Positions 1-9,455 of a DNA stretch of 64,000 nucleotides are shown here, piece after piece. Each line of letters opens with the position of its first letter. Positions within the stretch are counted from its first letter, which is position 1. The stretch is taken from the NCBI GenBank assembly GCA_903842795.1, contig CAIMNJ010000013.1, forward strand, positions 5,302 to 69,301, in the 5' to 3' direction. The position numbers and the translations under genes were made by a program. Below the pieces are notes generated by a model that saw only the letters and a list, made by a program, of their open reading frames with translations, was not told where the DNA came from and did no database searches. This DNA comes from an uncultured bacterium. Its GTDB lineage: Bacteria > Patescibacteriota > Microgenomatia > UBA1400 > PJMF01.

Positions 1-788
1 ATTATCTCTTCAGCATCAGTTTGGATGTTGCCAATAGAACTGATTCCTTCGCAGCAGCTATAAATTTTTCCATCAGACATTAACGAAATTTGATAACAAC
101 CCAAATCTTGTGGCGGAAAGGTTTTTCTGTTTTTCATTAGTTCAATTAATTCTTCTTCATTAAGAAAATTAAAATTTTTAACTGTACCTAAAATATTAGA
201 AATTGGATGGTTTTTTAAATAAGACTTTGGTTTACGAGGGTGGTAAGTAATTAGCATTTCTTGTCCACAAATTTTTTTAAGTTCTTTTTCAAATTTTGGT
301 ATTTCTTTCAAATTTTCTTTAGTGACAATGGAGAAAATTTCTGTGTGAAATCCAAGTGTTAAAGCTTTTTTAAGTAAACTTGTACTCTTATCAAAGTTAC
401 CTGCTCCGCGATTTTGATCATGATAGTCTTTCAATCCATCGAGAGAAATAATCAGGTTGACCATGTTTGGTTTGGTTATTTCTTTCAAGCGATCAATAGT
501 ACCATTGCTGATAATTTGAACAAAGATTTTTTTGGATGTTAGTTCATTGATTAGTTCTGTAAAATAATTCAACAAAAAAACTTCTCCACCACAAAAAGTA
601 ATTGATTCAATCTTTTGCACTTTTTGATAGCGTTGCACAAATTCAAGAATTGCTTTTTTGGAAAGTAAAAATTTGGTTTTTTGAGTGTAACAAATTTTGC
701 AAGCAAGATTACATTTTTCCAAAGGATTAATATAAAGATGTTTGAGAGAATTTTCCAATTGTTGGTTAATTTTTTTATTTACAAGCAC
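1..788 (-). CDS. Radical SAM protein with C-terminal SPASM/twitch-like Cys cluster. Partial: the 3' end runs off the window start. Start codon uncertain (GTG at 788 or TTG at 758).
   Basis: The minus-strand translation is open from the window edge. It contains the CNLACKICY (CX3CX2C) radical-SAM motif near the N-terminus and a CYQISLMSDGKIYSCCEG Cys-rich C-terminal region. An in-frame TAG lies at 809-807. Confidence 0.55.
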   Translation of the reverse strand, partial: MLVNKKINQQLENSLKHLYINPLEKCNLACKICYTQKTKFLLSKKAILEFVQRYQKVQKIESITFCGGEVFLLNYFTELINELTSKKIFVQIISNGTIDRLKEITKPNMVNLIISLDGLKDYHDQNRGAGNFDKSTSLLKKALTLGFHTEIFSIVTKENLKEIPKFEKELKKICGQEMLITYHPRKPKSYLKNHPISNILGTVKNFNFLNEEELIELMKNRKTFPPQDLGCYQISLMSDGKIYSCCEGISSIGNIQTDAEEI

Positions 789-821
789 AGGGCTGATTTT
801 ATCACGCTATAATACAAAAAA

Positions 822-1187
822 ATGTTGTACAAGGGAAAAGTTATTAGAGGTTTGGGTAATGGCAAAAGCAAAGCTTTTGCCACTATTAATTTGGATCCAA
901 ATCTTTGGCCAAAAAATTTGGATAAAGGTGTTTACGCATCATTTGTGTTTATAGCTGACCAAAAATATATGGGGGCGCTTTACTTTGGACCAAGAAAAGT
1001 CTTACAACAAGAAGAAGATGTTCTAGAAATTCACTTGCTTAATTTTGATCAGGAAATTTATCGTCAAGAAGTGAGTTTTAGTATAGAAAGGTTTATTAGA
1101 GGTGTGCAGAGTTTTTCTTCTTTTCCATTGATGAAAAAACAGATTGAAAAAGATATTCTGGCGATTAAAAAAGTTTTGTCTAATTAG
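822..1187 (+). CDS. Monofunctional riboflavin kinase (RFK domain only)
   Basis: GKVIRGLGNGKSKAFATINL matches the riboflavin kinase Gly-rich/PTAN-like signature. At 121 aa it has no FAD synthetase domain. Confidence 0.6.
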   Translation: MLYKGKVIRGLGNGKSKAFATINLDPNLWPKNLDKGVYASFVFIADQKYMGALYFGPRKVLQQEEDVLEIHLLNFDQEIYRQEVSFSIERFIRGVQSFSSFPLMKKQIEKDILAIKKVLSN

Positions 1188-1190
1188 TTT

Positions 1191-2081
1191 CTAATCTTTA
1201 TTGCTAATTTTACCCACCTGATACATGGCAAACATCAAAACAGTAGCAGCTAAATATTGGCTAGTTGCCAAGAAGTTTTTATAAACCACCATGTCGATAA
1301 CAATGGCCAATAAGGGTAGAGTTAATTCAAGAATAGTTGCGACTTTGGCTTGAGTTTTTTGCAGACCTTTATAATAAATAATCATTGCCAATAAACCCGT
1401 ACTTAGAGAAATGTAGAGCAAGCTCAAATAATCTTTGGTGGTTAAAACATCAAGTGAAGCTTGTGAACCAAGTAGAAAAACTGCTCCAAAAGCCAAAATG
1501 GTTGCAAAATAAAAGCGCAAAATAGTGGCACTCACGCTATTTTTTAATTGATTCAAAAGTAATTTAGAAAGAGTGGTGCCAAATCCCCAGCAAGCTGCTG
1601 CTCCAAAAGCATAAAGAGCTGCTGTAATAGTTGCTCCGCCCGTGCCAAAGTTAACTTGGCCATTTTTGAAAGTGACGAAAAAAACTGCCACAATTGCTAT
1701 GGTTGCCCATTGTAAATATTTTTTGCTGATCTTTTCTTTGAGAATCAAGCTGGCACTAATGATGGCAAAGAGCGGCTGAATTTTTTGAATGAGAAAAACA
1801 ACGCTGAAAGAAATGTAATTAATTTTCATCAATGCTGTTGTGATAAAAAGTGTTCCTAGTAGACCACCAAATAAAGCTACTACCAAGCTTGTTAGTAATA
1901 ATTTGGAAGTAAATTTTTCTTGTTTCAATTTTTGCACCACAATTGGCAAAAGAATTAAAGAGCCAAGTAGGTGTTCAAAAAAAACAATGGTAACTGGCGG
2001 TAAATGATAAAGACCACGACGGATTATTCCATCTAAAGCCCATAGGGAAGCAGCAAAAACAATTAGTAAAGGACCTGACAT
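1191..2081 (-). CDS. EamA/DMT-family membrane transporter
   Basis: About 10 predicted TM helices with a duplicated EamA-like hydrophobic architecture. Confidence 0.55.
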   Translation of the reverse strand: MSGPLLIVFAASLWALDGIIRRGLYHLPPVTIVFFEHLLGSLILLPIVVQKLKQEKFTSKLLLTSLVVALFGGLLGTLFITTALMKINYISFSVVFLIQKIQPLFAIISASLILKEKISKKYLQWATIAIVAVFFVTFKNGQVNFGTGGATITAALYAFGAAACWGFGTTLSKLLLNQLKNSVSATILRFYFATILAFGAVFLLGSQASLDVLTTKDYLSLLYISLSTGLLAMIIYYKGLQKTQAKVATILELTLPLLAIVIDMVVYKNFLATSQYLAATVLMFAMYQVGKISNKD

Positions 2082-2097
2082 AAGTCCTTTGTTTATA

Positions 2098-2874
2098 TCA
2101 CAGAGTGCTGATTAAAATAAGAGCAATTACAAGGCGATAAATACCAAAATTGGTTAGGGTATTTTTTTGAATAAAACTGATGAACCATTTCAAGACAAAA
2201 AGAGCGACTATAAAAGAAGTAATTGTTCCAACCAGAAGCAAATTAATTTCCTGAGAAGAAATGCTGTTAATTGAATCAAACTTGAGAACGTCCAGGACAG
2301 CAGCACTACAAATAGTTGGCAAAGCAAGTAAAAAAGAATATTTAGCTGCACTGACACGACTTTGCCCAAGAGCCATCATGGTCAACATAACTGAGCCAGA
2401 TCTGGATACTCCAGGAATAACAGCCATAGCTTGACCAATGCCGATAAGAACACTTTGACCCCAACTCAAATCAGCAATTTCTTTATTATTTTTGTTTTTG
2501 TTCTTTTTTAAATATTTTTCGTAAAGAATAAAAACCAAGCCAACTGTTACGAAAGCGCCGATCATTAGCCAATTAGTTTCAAAGAAAAAGTTTTTTATTA
2601 TTGAATGTAGCAAGAATCCAAGAATAGCGGTAGGAATAAAGGACAGAATAAGTTTTTTGATTAGTGACCAATCTGTTAACAATTCTTTGCCATAAACGAA
2701 GAGAACAGCAAGAATGGCTCCAGCTTGGATAAAAACCTCAAATAGTTTGAGGAATTCAGTATTTTCTAGATGAAGTAGTTGTCCAGCAAAAATTAGATGA
2801 AAGGTGGATGAGATTGGTAGAAACTCTGTAAGGCCCTCAACGATGCCAAGAATAAAAGATTGCCAAATGTTCAT
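2098..2874 (-). CDS. uppP: Undecaprenyl-diphosphatase
   Basis: The N-terminal GIVEGLTEFLPISSTFHL is the UppP/BacA signature. It is a polytopic membrane protein. Confidence 0.85.
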   Translation of the reverse strand: MNIWQSFILGIVEGLTEFLPISSTFHLIFAGQLLHLENTEFLKLFEVFIQAGAILAVLFVYGKELLTDWSLIKKLILSFIPTAILGFLLHSIIKNFFFETNWLMIGAFVTVGLVFILYEKYLKKNKNKNNKEIADLSWGQSVLIGIGQAMAVIPGVSRSGSVMLTMMALGQSRVSAAKYSFLLALPTICSAAVLDVLKFDSINSISSQEINLLLVGTITSFIVALFVLKWFISFIQKNTLTNFGIYRLVIALILISTL

Positions 2875-2935
2875 AGATAATCATTATCTTATCTAAAACT
2901 AATTCTATCAAGTGTTCACGTTAAATATTGGTATT

Positions 2936-2964
2936 ATTGACATATATTTAGCAATCGTGTATTA
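2936..2964 (+). promoter_or_regulatory. Sigma-70-type promoter, TTGACA-17-TATTAT, upstream of hsp20
   Basis: ttgaca at 2936-2941, a 17-nt spacer, tattat at 2959-2964. Confidence 0.5.
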
Positions 2965-2973
2965 TGACTGCTA
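2947..2973 (+). promoter_or_regulatory. CIRCE-like inverted repeat (HrcA operator) overlapping the -10 box
   Basis: TTAGCAATC-N9-GACTGCTAA against the CIRCE consensus TTAGCACTC-N9-GAGTGCTAA: 2 mismatches with exact N9 spacing. Confidence 0.55.
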
Positions 2974-3099
2974 ACGATGTGTTGAAGGATAAATATATAA
3001 TTTATTGTCGCATATCTAATCAATAACTAAGGCAATTTGTATATTTATTATTGTCCTTACACACTTCTAAAAATTAAAAATTATATGAAAGGAGACACT

Positions 3100-3522
3100 A
3101 TGTCGCTAGATTTAGTTTCTAGAAGATTATTTTCATTGCCATCTATTGTTCCATCTATTTGGGACAACAACGATGATTGGTTTAACTCCACCACAACTCA
3201 GTCGGGGTTAACTGTTTCTGAAGATGACAAATTTATTTATGTAGAGGCTGCTCTTCCTGGAATAAACCCAGACAATATTGAGGTTACTTATCAGGATGGA
3301 TATGTTTGGATTAATGGAGAGCAACAACAAGAAGAAAAAGATAAAAATAAAAAATTTTATAGAAAAGCTTCAAGCGCCTTTTCTTATAGAGTTGCTATTC
3401 CAGGTGAAGTTGATTTCAATAAAGAACCTGAAGCAACATATGAAAATGGAATGATGAAGGTAACTTTTGTTAAGTCAGAATTGGAAGGTCCTAAGAAGAT
3501 TACTATCAAAAGAAAACAATAA
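3100..3522 (+). CDS. Hsp20/alpha-crystallin small heat-shock protein
   Basis: The alpha-crystallin domain (IYVEAALPGINPDNIEV...AIPGEVDFNKEPEATYENGMMKVTF) is present. The start was chosen at the ATG preceded by the aaaggagac RBS. Confidence 0.8.
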   Translation: MSLDLVSRRLFSLPSIVPSIWDNNDDWFNSTTTQSGLTVSEDDKFIYVEAALPGINPDNIEVTYQDGYVWINGEQQQEEKDKNKKFYRKASSAFSYRVAIPGEVDFNKEPEATYENGMMKVTFVKSELEGPKKITIKRKQ

Positions 3523-3549
3523 ATCAATTTTCTTTTATAAAATATAGTA

Positions 3550-3570
3550 GAGGCGCCTGAATGGCGCCTC
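3550..3570. terminator. Bidirectional intrinsic terminator hairpin
   Basis: GAGGCGCC-tgaat-GGCGCCTC perfect 8-bp stem followed by taatttat. It lies between the hsp20 stop and the convergent tRNA-Ser 3' end. Confidence 0.6.
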
Positions 3571-3579
3571 TAATTTATG

Positions 3580-3662
3580 CGGAGGTGACAGGATTCGAAC
3601 CTGTGAAGCTGTGAAGCTCTAGTTTTCAAGACTAGCGCAATTGACCACTATGCGACACCTCC
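3580..3662 (-). tRNA. tRNA-Ser (anticodon TGA)
   Basis: The reverse complement folds as a tRNA: a 7-bp acceptor stem GGAGGTG/CACCTCC, a 3-bp D-stem, and an anticodon stem CTAGT/ACTAG with loop CTTGAAA (anticodon TGA). It has a long variable arm with an AGCT/AGCT stem and a T-arm ACAGG-TTCGAAT-CCTGT. Confidence 0.75.
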
Positions 3663-3736
3663 TTGCGGTTGAGCTTATATTTTACAATATATGATGAGAT
3701 TTACAAAACCAACTCTTTCATCCCGACCATTAAATC

Positions 3737-4405
3737 GTGTATATTAGAAGTCAAATGTTTGAAAAAATTAAGACTGCCCTTTTTGGCAATCAAACTGAAG
3801 AAAAGCTAGGTCCTCCACCAGAGTCAAGTCAGGATCAAACAATTAATTCTTATGACGTTCGTATGCCTGGTCAGGCCAATATGGAGAAGTCTAGAATTGC
3901 TCCAGGTTTTTATAGACCAATTCCAGAAGAAACATTGGTGGAGTGGGATGCTCCAGCTAGGCCATTCAAAAAGCATAATCGCCAATTTTTTAGTACGGTT
4001 TTAATTATCGCAGTCCTAATCTCTTTAATCTTGTTTTTTGCAGGTCAGGTTTTGCCAGTGGCAGTGGTTATTTCAGTGGTTTTCTTGATTTATGTGACTG
4101 CCGTTATTCCACCGCAAAACGTTCACTACAAACTGACCAACTATGGAATTTATGTCGACAAAGAAGCTTTTTCTTGGTTAGTGATGGGTAGATTTTGGTT
4201 TGATGATAAAGCTGGTCAGCGTGTTTTGGAAATTGAACTATACAAATTCCCAGGTCGTTTGACATTTGTCTTAATTGAAGGACAAACTCCAAGAGAGAAA
4301 GATTTGGAAGGCGCTTTATCAGAGATCTTAATCAAAGAAAAACCACAGCTAACAACTTACGAAAAAATTGCTGCCTGGCTCAAAGACAAAATCCCCCTAG
4401 AGTAA
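3737..4405 (+). CDS. Hypothetical membrane protein: two TM helices followed by a bacterial PH-like soluble domain. An alternative start lies at 3755.
   Basis: The ORF has a hydrophobic pair (LIIAVLISLILFF / VAVVISVVFLIYV) followed by a globular C-terminus. I recognise no confident family. Confidence 0.45.
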   Translation: MYIRSQMFEKIKTALFGNQTEEKLGPPPESSQDQTINSYDVRMPGQANMEKSRIAPGFYRPIPEETLVEWDAPARPFKKHNRQFFSTVLIIAVLISLILFFAGQVLPVAVVISVVFLIYVTAVIPPQNVHYKLTNYGIYVDKEAFSWLVMGRFWFDDKAGQRVLEIELYKFPGRLTFVLIEGQTPREKDLEGALSEILIKEKPQLTTYEKIAAWLKDKIPLE

Positions 4406-4433
4406 TGCACATCATTTTTGCTATGATGATCTT

Positions 4434-4967
4434 ATGATCAAAAACAATGGTTCTATTGAAACTTTAGCAATTGTCAGAAATAAGGAACTGCAGTTGGCAG
4501 TTGTGCTTTCTGGTCTAATTTTTTTTATTCCAGCTTTTGTTCATCAACAACTTTTAACCGGGCCAATTATTAATGCGCTGCTAATTTTATCTTTTCTTTA
4601 TTTGGGCAAAAGCAGAGCTTTTTTTCTAGCCTTGATTCCCAGCACAGTAGCTCTTTCTAGAGGTTTGTTGCCATTAGCTTTGGCTCCAATGGTGCCTTTT
4701 ATTATGATTAGCAATTGTTTATATATTGAGCTTTTTGCCAGTTTGAAATTCAACCAATATATAAAAATATTTTTAGCTTCGGCCGCTAAAGCAATTTTTC
4801 TTTTTGTTATCTCCAAACTTTTGATGGAAAAAATTCTGGTAGCAGCTTTGGCTTCAAAAATTGCCATGATGATGTCTTGGCCACAATTTGCTACAGCTTT
4901 ATTGGGTGGAATTTTGGCATTATTAATTGATTTTTCTTTGAGAAAAAATAAATTAATTACTAAATAA
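4434..4967 (+). CDS. Hypothetical polytopic membrane protein
   Basis: It is strongly hydrophobic along its whole 177-aa length and sits directly upstream of the hydrogenase genes. Confidence 0.4.
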   Translation: MIKNNGSIETLAIVRNKELQLAVVLSGLIFFIPAFVHQQLLTGPIINALLILSFLYLGKSRAFFLALIPSTVALSRGLLPLALAPMVPFIMISNCLYIELFASLKFNQYIKIFLASAAKAIFLFVISKLLMEKILVAALASKIAMMMSWPQFATALLGGILALLIDFSLRKNKLITK

Positions 4968-4972
4968 AATCT

Positions 4973-5986
4973 ATGCAGCAGGAAGAATTACTTATTAAGC
5001 TTGAACAAGCCGGAATAGTAGGACGCGGTGGAGCAGCTTTTCCTGCGCATCTCAAATGGAAAAGAATCAAAGACCTAAGTAACCCCAAAAAATATGTGGT
5101 TTGTAATGCCAGTGAAGGAGAAATTGGGGTACAAAAAGATTTTTACATTTTACAAAATTTTTCCGAAGAAGTTTTTAAAGGCATGATGTTGGCAATGGAT
5201 TTCTTGGAAACAAAAGAGGGGTATTTTTACATTAATCGAAACTATTATGAACAACTAAAAAGCAAAATTGATCCTTTGGTAGAACTATTCAAACAAAAAA
5301 GCTACATAATTAATGTTTTTATTGAAGAACCAAGTTATATTGGTGGAGAAACTGGAGCACTATTAAACGCTATTGAAGGCAAAAAAGTTCAACCACGCTT
5401 TGAATCTCCCAGTCCTTCTGTTTTGGGAATTTTTGGTTGTCCAGTGCTTTTGCACAATGTTGAGACCCTTTACGATGTTGCCAGAGTGGCCACTGATAAG
5501 TTTGAGAAAACTCGTTTTTCAACTATTTTAGGAGGAAACAAAAATGGAGTTTATAGAGTTAATGCTGATGAAAAAGTAGCAGAAGTGTTAAGAAAAACCA
5601 ATAATTATCCAGATTTCGATTTCTTTGTCCAAGTTGGCGGAGGAGCCAGTGGAGAAATTTTCACCAAAGAACAGGCAGAAACAGCAACAATTGGTGGTTG
5701 TGGTTCTATAGAAATTTATCCAAGCACTACCACTGACTATGATTTTTTGAGCAAAATTTTTAATTTTTATGAAAAAGAAAGTTGTGGTAAATGCACTCCT
5801 TGTCGTGATGGTTCTTGGCAACTGAAAAAACTTTTGGATGGTCTAGACAAAAAAAGTGAAATTCCATGGCTAGAGATTAAACCAATTATTAAAGTCATGG
5901 AAAAAGGCTCATTCTGTGGTTTGGGCAAATCAATCGTGCCACCAGTCAGAAGTTACGCAAAAAATATTTTAGGAATTGAGGTTTAA
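4973..5986 (+). CDS. Compact NuoF-like flavoprotein (NADH dehydrogenase 51-kDa-subunit homolog, hydrogenase-associated)
   Basis: GRGGAAFPAHLKWK (NuoF GRGGAGFPTGxKW), VVCNASEGEIG (NuoF LVVNADEGEPG), GGETGALLNAIEGKKVQPR (NuoF [20 protein letters not shown], with Cys replaced by Gly) and the C-terminal CGKCTPCRDGS Fe-S motif. Confidence 0.75.
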   Translation: MQQEELLIKLEQAGIVGRGGAAFPAHLKWKRIKDLSNPKKYVVCNASEGEIGVQKDFYILQNFSEEVFKGMMLAMDFLETKEGYFYINRNYYEQLKSKIDPLVELFKQKSYIINVFIEEPSYIGGETGALLNAIEGKKVQPRFESPSPSVLGIFGCPVLLHNVETLYDVARVATDKFEKTRFSTILGGNKNGVYRVNADEKVAEVLRKTNNYPDFDFFVQVGGGASGEIFTKEQAETATIGGCGSIEIYPSTTTDYDFLSKIFNFYEKESCGKCTPCRDGSWQLKKLLDGLDKKSEIPWLEIKPIIKVMEKGSFCGLGKSIVPPVRSYAKNILGIEV

Positions 5987-7717
5987 ATGTCAAAAAAGGT
6001 AACTATTTATATTGATGAGAAACCATATCAGGCAGAAGAAGGCCAAAGTGTTTTGCAATTGGCTTTGGCTAATAAGCTAGATATCCCACATCTTTGTTAC
6101 CACGAAGATCTCAAAATTGAAGCTAACTGTCGTTTATGTTTGGTGGAGCACGAAAATAAAATTGTCACTTCTTGTAATTTAAAAGCTAGTGAAGGTATGA
6201 AAATTAGCACCAAAAATAAAGAGCTAGTAGAAATGCGTCAAGAGAATCTAAAATTACTTCTGGCTTCACATAGCAAAAATTGTCCCAAATGCAAGAAAAA
6301 CCTTCCTTGTCCAGCTTTTGGTTTAATGCAGAAATATGGTGTCACTAGTGATGAATATCAACGTAAAATGTTGGATTTAGCTATTCATAAAATGGTCGGA
6401 GCTGCCGAGCTCGATCCTAATCTTTGTGTGCGCTGTGGCCGCTGTGTCAATTCTTGCGCCGACATTGGCATCAATTTTCTCAAATTAGAAGGCACTAGTT
6501 CAGATAATCATCTGACTTACAACGAAAATCCAAAGGTTGATTGTATTTATTGTGGCCAATGCACCGTTCATTGCCCAGTTAATGCTATTCGTGAAATTAG
6601 CCACTTAGAGCAGGTGGAAGCAGCTTTGGCCGATCCAGATAAAATTCTCATCGCTCAAATGGCCCCTTCGGTGCGTGCTAGTATTGGTGAAGAATTTGGA
6701 CAAGAAGCAGGGCTTAATTTAGAGAAAAAAATGTTTACAGCGCTGCGCCAACTTGGTTTTGAAAAAATCTTTGATGTTAATATGGGAGCAGACATCACCA
6801 CAGTAGTAGAAGCTAAAGAATTAGGTGATCGCTTGCGCAAGAAATTCGCTGGTGAAAAAACAGTTCTCCCAATGTTCACTTCTTGTTGTCCCGGTTGGGT
6901 TAAGTTCTTAGAGTTTTATTATCCAGATTTTATTGATCATCTTACAACTGCTCGCTCACCACACATTCATTCTGGTGGAGCTTATAAAACTTGGTGGGCA
7001 GAAAAAACCGGCACTGATCCAAGCAAAATTATTATGGTTTCCATCATGCCTTGTACCTCTAAAAAATATGAATCAGAAATGGAAAAATTGACCTTTGATT
7101 TTCAAGGCCACAAACTCAAACCCGTAGATTATGTGCTCACCACCAGAGAAATGGCTGCTTTACTCAAGAAAAATAAGATTGATTTACCAAACTTGTCTGA
7201 TAGTGAAGCTGATCGCGAAGGTACTTATTCTGGGGCTGGCGCGATCTATGGTGCTTCTGGTGGCGTGATGGAATCAGCATTGCGTAGCGCTGCTTATCTA
7301 CTCACTGGTAAAGAATTGCCAAAAATTGATTTAGAAGAAGTGCGCGGCATGAAGGGAATTAAGCGAGCCACTATCAAAATTGGTGACAAAGAAGTCAAAG
7401 TGGCAGTAGTTGCTACAGCACGTAATGCTCGCACAGTACTTGAAGAAATCAAACATAAAAAAGCTGACTATGATTATATTGAGTTCATGGCTTGTCCTGG
7501 AGGTTGTATTGGCGGCGGCGGACAGCCGCTCACTGGGACTTTTGCGATCATAAAGAAACGTATTGCTGGTTTGTATTCAATTGATGCCAAAAAAACTGTC
7601 CGCCGCGCCCATGAAAACAAAATTGTTCAGGAATTCTTTAATTATCTAGCAGATAAGCCTTCATTAGCTTCACAAATACTGTATACTAGCTATTCGGCAA
7701 AAAATAAATTTGAATAA
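5987..7717 (+). CDS. hydA: [FeFe]-hydrogenase large subunit, M3/CpI-like architecture
   Basis: An N-terminal 2Fe-2S ferredoxin-like domain, a His-ligated cluster (HSKNCPKCKKNLPC), two 4Fe-4S motifs (CVRCGRCVNSC, CIYCGQCTVHCP), and the three H-cluster motifs TSCCPGW, MPCTSKKYE and EFMACPGGCIGGGGQP. Confidence 0.9.
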   Translation: MSKKVTIYIDEKPYQAEEGQSVLQLALANKLDIPHLCYHEDLKIEANCRLCLVEHENKIVTSCNLKASEGMKISTKNKELVEMRQENLKLLLASHSKNCPKCKKNLPCPAFGLMQKYGVTSDEYQRKMLDLAIHKMVGAAELDPNLCVRCGRCVNSCADIGINFLKLEGTSSDNHLTYNENPKVDCIYCGQCTVHCPVNAIREISHLEQVEAALADPDKILIAQMAPSVRASIGEEFGQEAGLNLEKKMFTALRQLGFEKIFDVNMGADITTVVEAKELGDRLRKKFAGEKTVLPMFTSCCPGWVKFLEFYYPDFIDHLTTARSPHIHSGGAYKTWWAEKTGTDPSKIIMVSIMPCTSKKYESEMEKLTFDFQGHKLKPVDYVLTTREMAALLKKNKIDLPNLSDSEADREGTYSGAGAIYGASGGVMESALRSAAYLLTGKELPKIDLEEVRGMKGIKRATIKIGDKEVKVAVVATARNARTVLEEIKHKKADYDYIEFMACPGGCIGGGGQPLTGTFAIIKKRIAGLYSIDAKKTVRRAHENKIVQEFFNYLADKPSLASQILYTSYSAKNKFE

Positions 7718-7721
7718 ACTT

Positions 7722-8756
7722 ATGAAAAAAATTACAGATGGAATTTTAGCTTTTATTAAAAATCGCTACAAACTTTTACTAGTTATTTTAGGTGTATTTT
7801 TTATTGGTTTTATGATCTTGCAGAATAAAGCCAAAAAGCAAATTAAACTGACTTTTGTTTCACCAACTAGAGAAGATATTGTTTCTAGCATTACTATTTC
7901 TGGTCGTATTGATGCGAAAGAGAAGGCTCGTTTACGTTTTATAACTGGAGGTAAATTGGTCTATTTAGGTGCTAAAGAAGGCGATGCGGTTAAGAAATGG
8001 CAAAGTATTGCCACAATTGATCGTAGTGCTTTGCAAAAACAGATGGATCAAACCATGAATGCTTACATGCAAGAAAGAAATAGTTTTGAGAACACTCAAG
8101 ATAATGTTCGCAATCGTGATCTTAGTACCAAAGAAGTCAGAGCATTGGCTGATGAACAATATGATTTAAACAATAAGGTGCTTAGTGTCGAGATTCAAGA
8201 CATTGCGATATCCAACACCACGTTGCGATCTCCATTTGAAGGAGTGTTGACTTCTGCACCAATTGCAGTTCCTGGAACTACTCTTTTGGCCAGCGATTAT
8301 TTTGAAGTGGTTAATCCAAAGAGTTTGATTTTTCACGCCAACATTGATGAGATTGATCTACACAAAATTGCTAAAGGTCAGAGTGCTGAAATAATTTTAG
8401 ATGCTTATGATGGTGAAAAAATTGCCACCCAAGTTTCTTACATTTCCTACACTAGTAGTGAATCAACTAGTGGCACAGTCTTTTTGATTGAGTTTCCACT
8501 TAATGACCAAAATATTGAAAAATATCGCTTGGGTATGAATGGCGATGCGGTGATTAAGTTAGCTGAAAAAAAAGATGTTTTAGTAATCCCAATTGGCGCA
8601 ATCAGCGAGCGTGATGGCAAAACTTTTGTTAATCTCAAAGCAAACAATAAAGAACAAAAAGTGGAAAAAGAAATTAAAGTTGGTTTGGAGAGTGAAGACA
8701 AGATTGAAGTCATTGATGGCTTGACCGAGAATGACCAAGTTGTTTTACCAGAATAA
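7722..8756 (+). CDS. HlyD/MacA-family periplasmic adaptor subunit
   Basis: An N-terminal TM anchor, then coiled-coil and beta-barrel adaptor features. It lies upstream of the ABC ATPase and permease. Confidence 0.7.
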   Translation: MKKITDGILAFIKNRYKLLLVILGVFFIGFMILQNKAKKQIKLTFVSPTREDIVSSITISGRIDAKEKARLRFITGGKLVYLGAKEGDAVKKWQSIATIDRSALQKQMDQTMNAYMQERNSFENTQDNVRNRDLSTKEVRALADEQYDLNNKVLSVEIQDIAISNTTLRSPFEGVLTSAPIAVPGTTLLASDYFEVVNPKSLIFHANIDEIDLHKIAKGQSAEIILDAYDGEKIATQVSYISYTSSESTSGTVFLIEFPLNDQNIEKYRLGMNGDAVIKLAEKKDVLVIPIGAISERDGKTFVNLKANNKEQKVEKEIKVGLESEDKIEVIDGLTENDQVVLPE

Positions 8757-8774
8757 TTATCTTAAGTTTTTATT

Positions 8775-9455
8775 ATGTTAAATCTTAAGCGAGTTTCCAA
8801 AAACTATAAAATTGGTGACACTGTCATCAATGCTTTAGATCATGTTTCTTTAAAAGTGGAAGAAAAGGAGTTCGTGGCTATTATGGGGCCATCTGGTTCT
8901 GGTAAATCTACTTTTTTGCAAGTTGCGAGTATGTTGGCTGAACCAAGTGCTGGGGAAATTTTTCTTAATGGTGTAGAGGTTTCTTCCTATAATGAAATTC
9001 AAAGAGCTCGTTTACGCAATAAACAAATTGGATTTATCTTCCAATCCTTTAATTTATTGGCCAGAACATCTGCTTTGGAAAATGTGATGATGCCTTTATT
9101 TTATGCTGGAATCAAAACTGATTCTAATTATGCTATGGATAAGGCTAAGGAAATGCTTGAGCGAGTTGGTTTGGGTGATCGCTTATACAATACTCCAGCT
9201 CAGCTTTCCGGAGGCCAGCAGCAGCGCGTCGCTATCGCTCGCGCCCTTATCAACGATCCAACTCTTATTTTTGCTGATGAGCCAACCGGCAATCTTGATT
9301 CTAAGAGTGGTGAGGATATCAAAAAAATTCTTAAAGAGTTAAATAAAGAGGGTAAAACTATTATTATGGTGACTCACGAAGAAGATGTGGCAGAAATTGC
9401 CAAAAGACAGATTGTTTTTAAAGATGGTAAAGTTTTAAGTGATCATAAATCATGA
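8775..9455 (+). CDS. ABC transporter ATP-binding protein (MacB/LolD-like)
   Basis: Walker [13 protein letters not shown] signature [15 protein letters not shown], Walker [12 protein letters not shown]. Confidence 0.85.
   Translation: MLNLKRVSKNYKIGDTVINALDHVSLKVEEKEFVAIMGPSGSGKSTFLQVASMLAEPSAGEIFLNGVEVSSYNEIQRARLRNKQIGFIFQSFNLLARTSALENVMMPLFYAGIKTDSNYAMDKAKEMLERVGLGDRLYNTPAQLSGGQQQRVAIARALINDPTLIFADEPTGNLDSKSGEDIKKILKELNKEGKTIIMVTHEEDVAEIAKRQIVFKDGKVLSDHKS

Noticed and set aside
742-954. 70-aa plus-strand ORF
   Set aside because: It overlaps the start region of the minus-strand radical SAM gene and the better-supported riboflavin kinase ORF beginning at 822.
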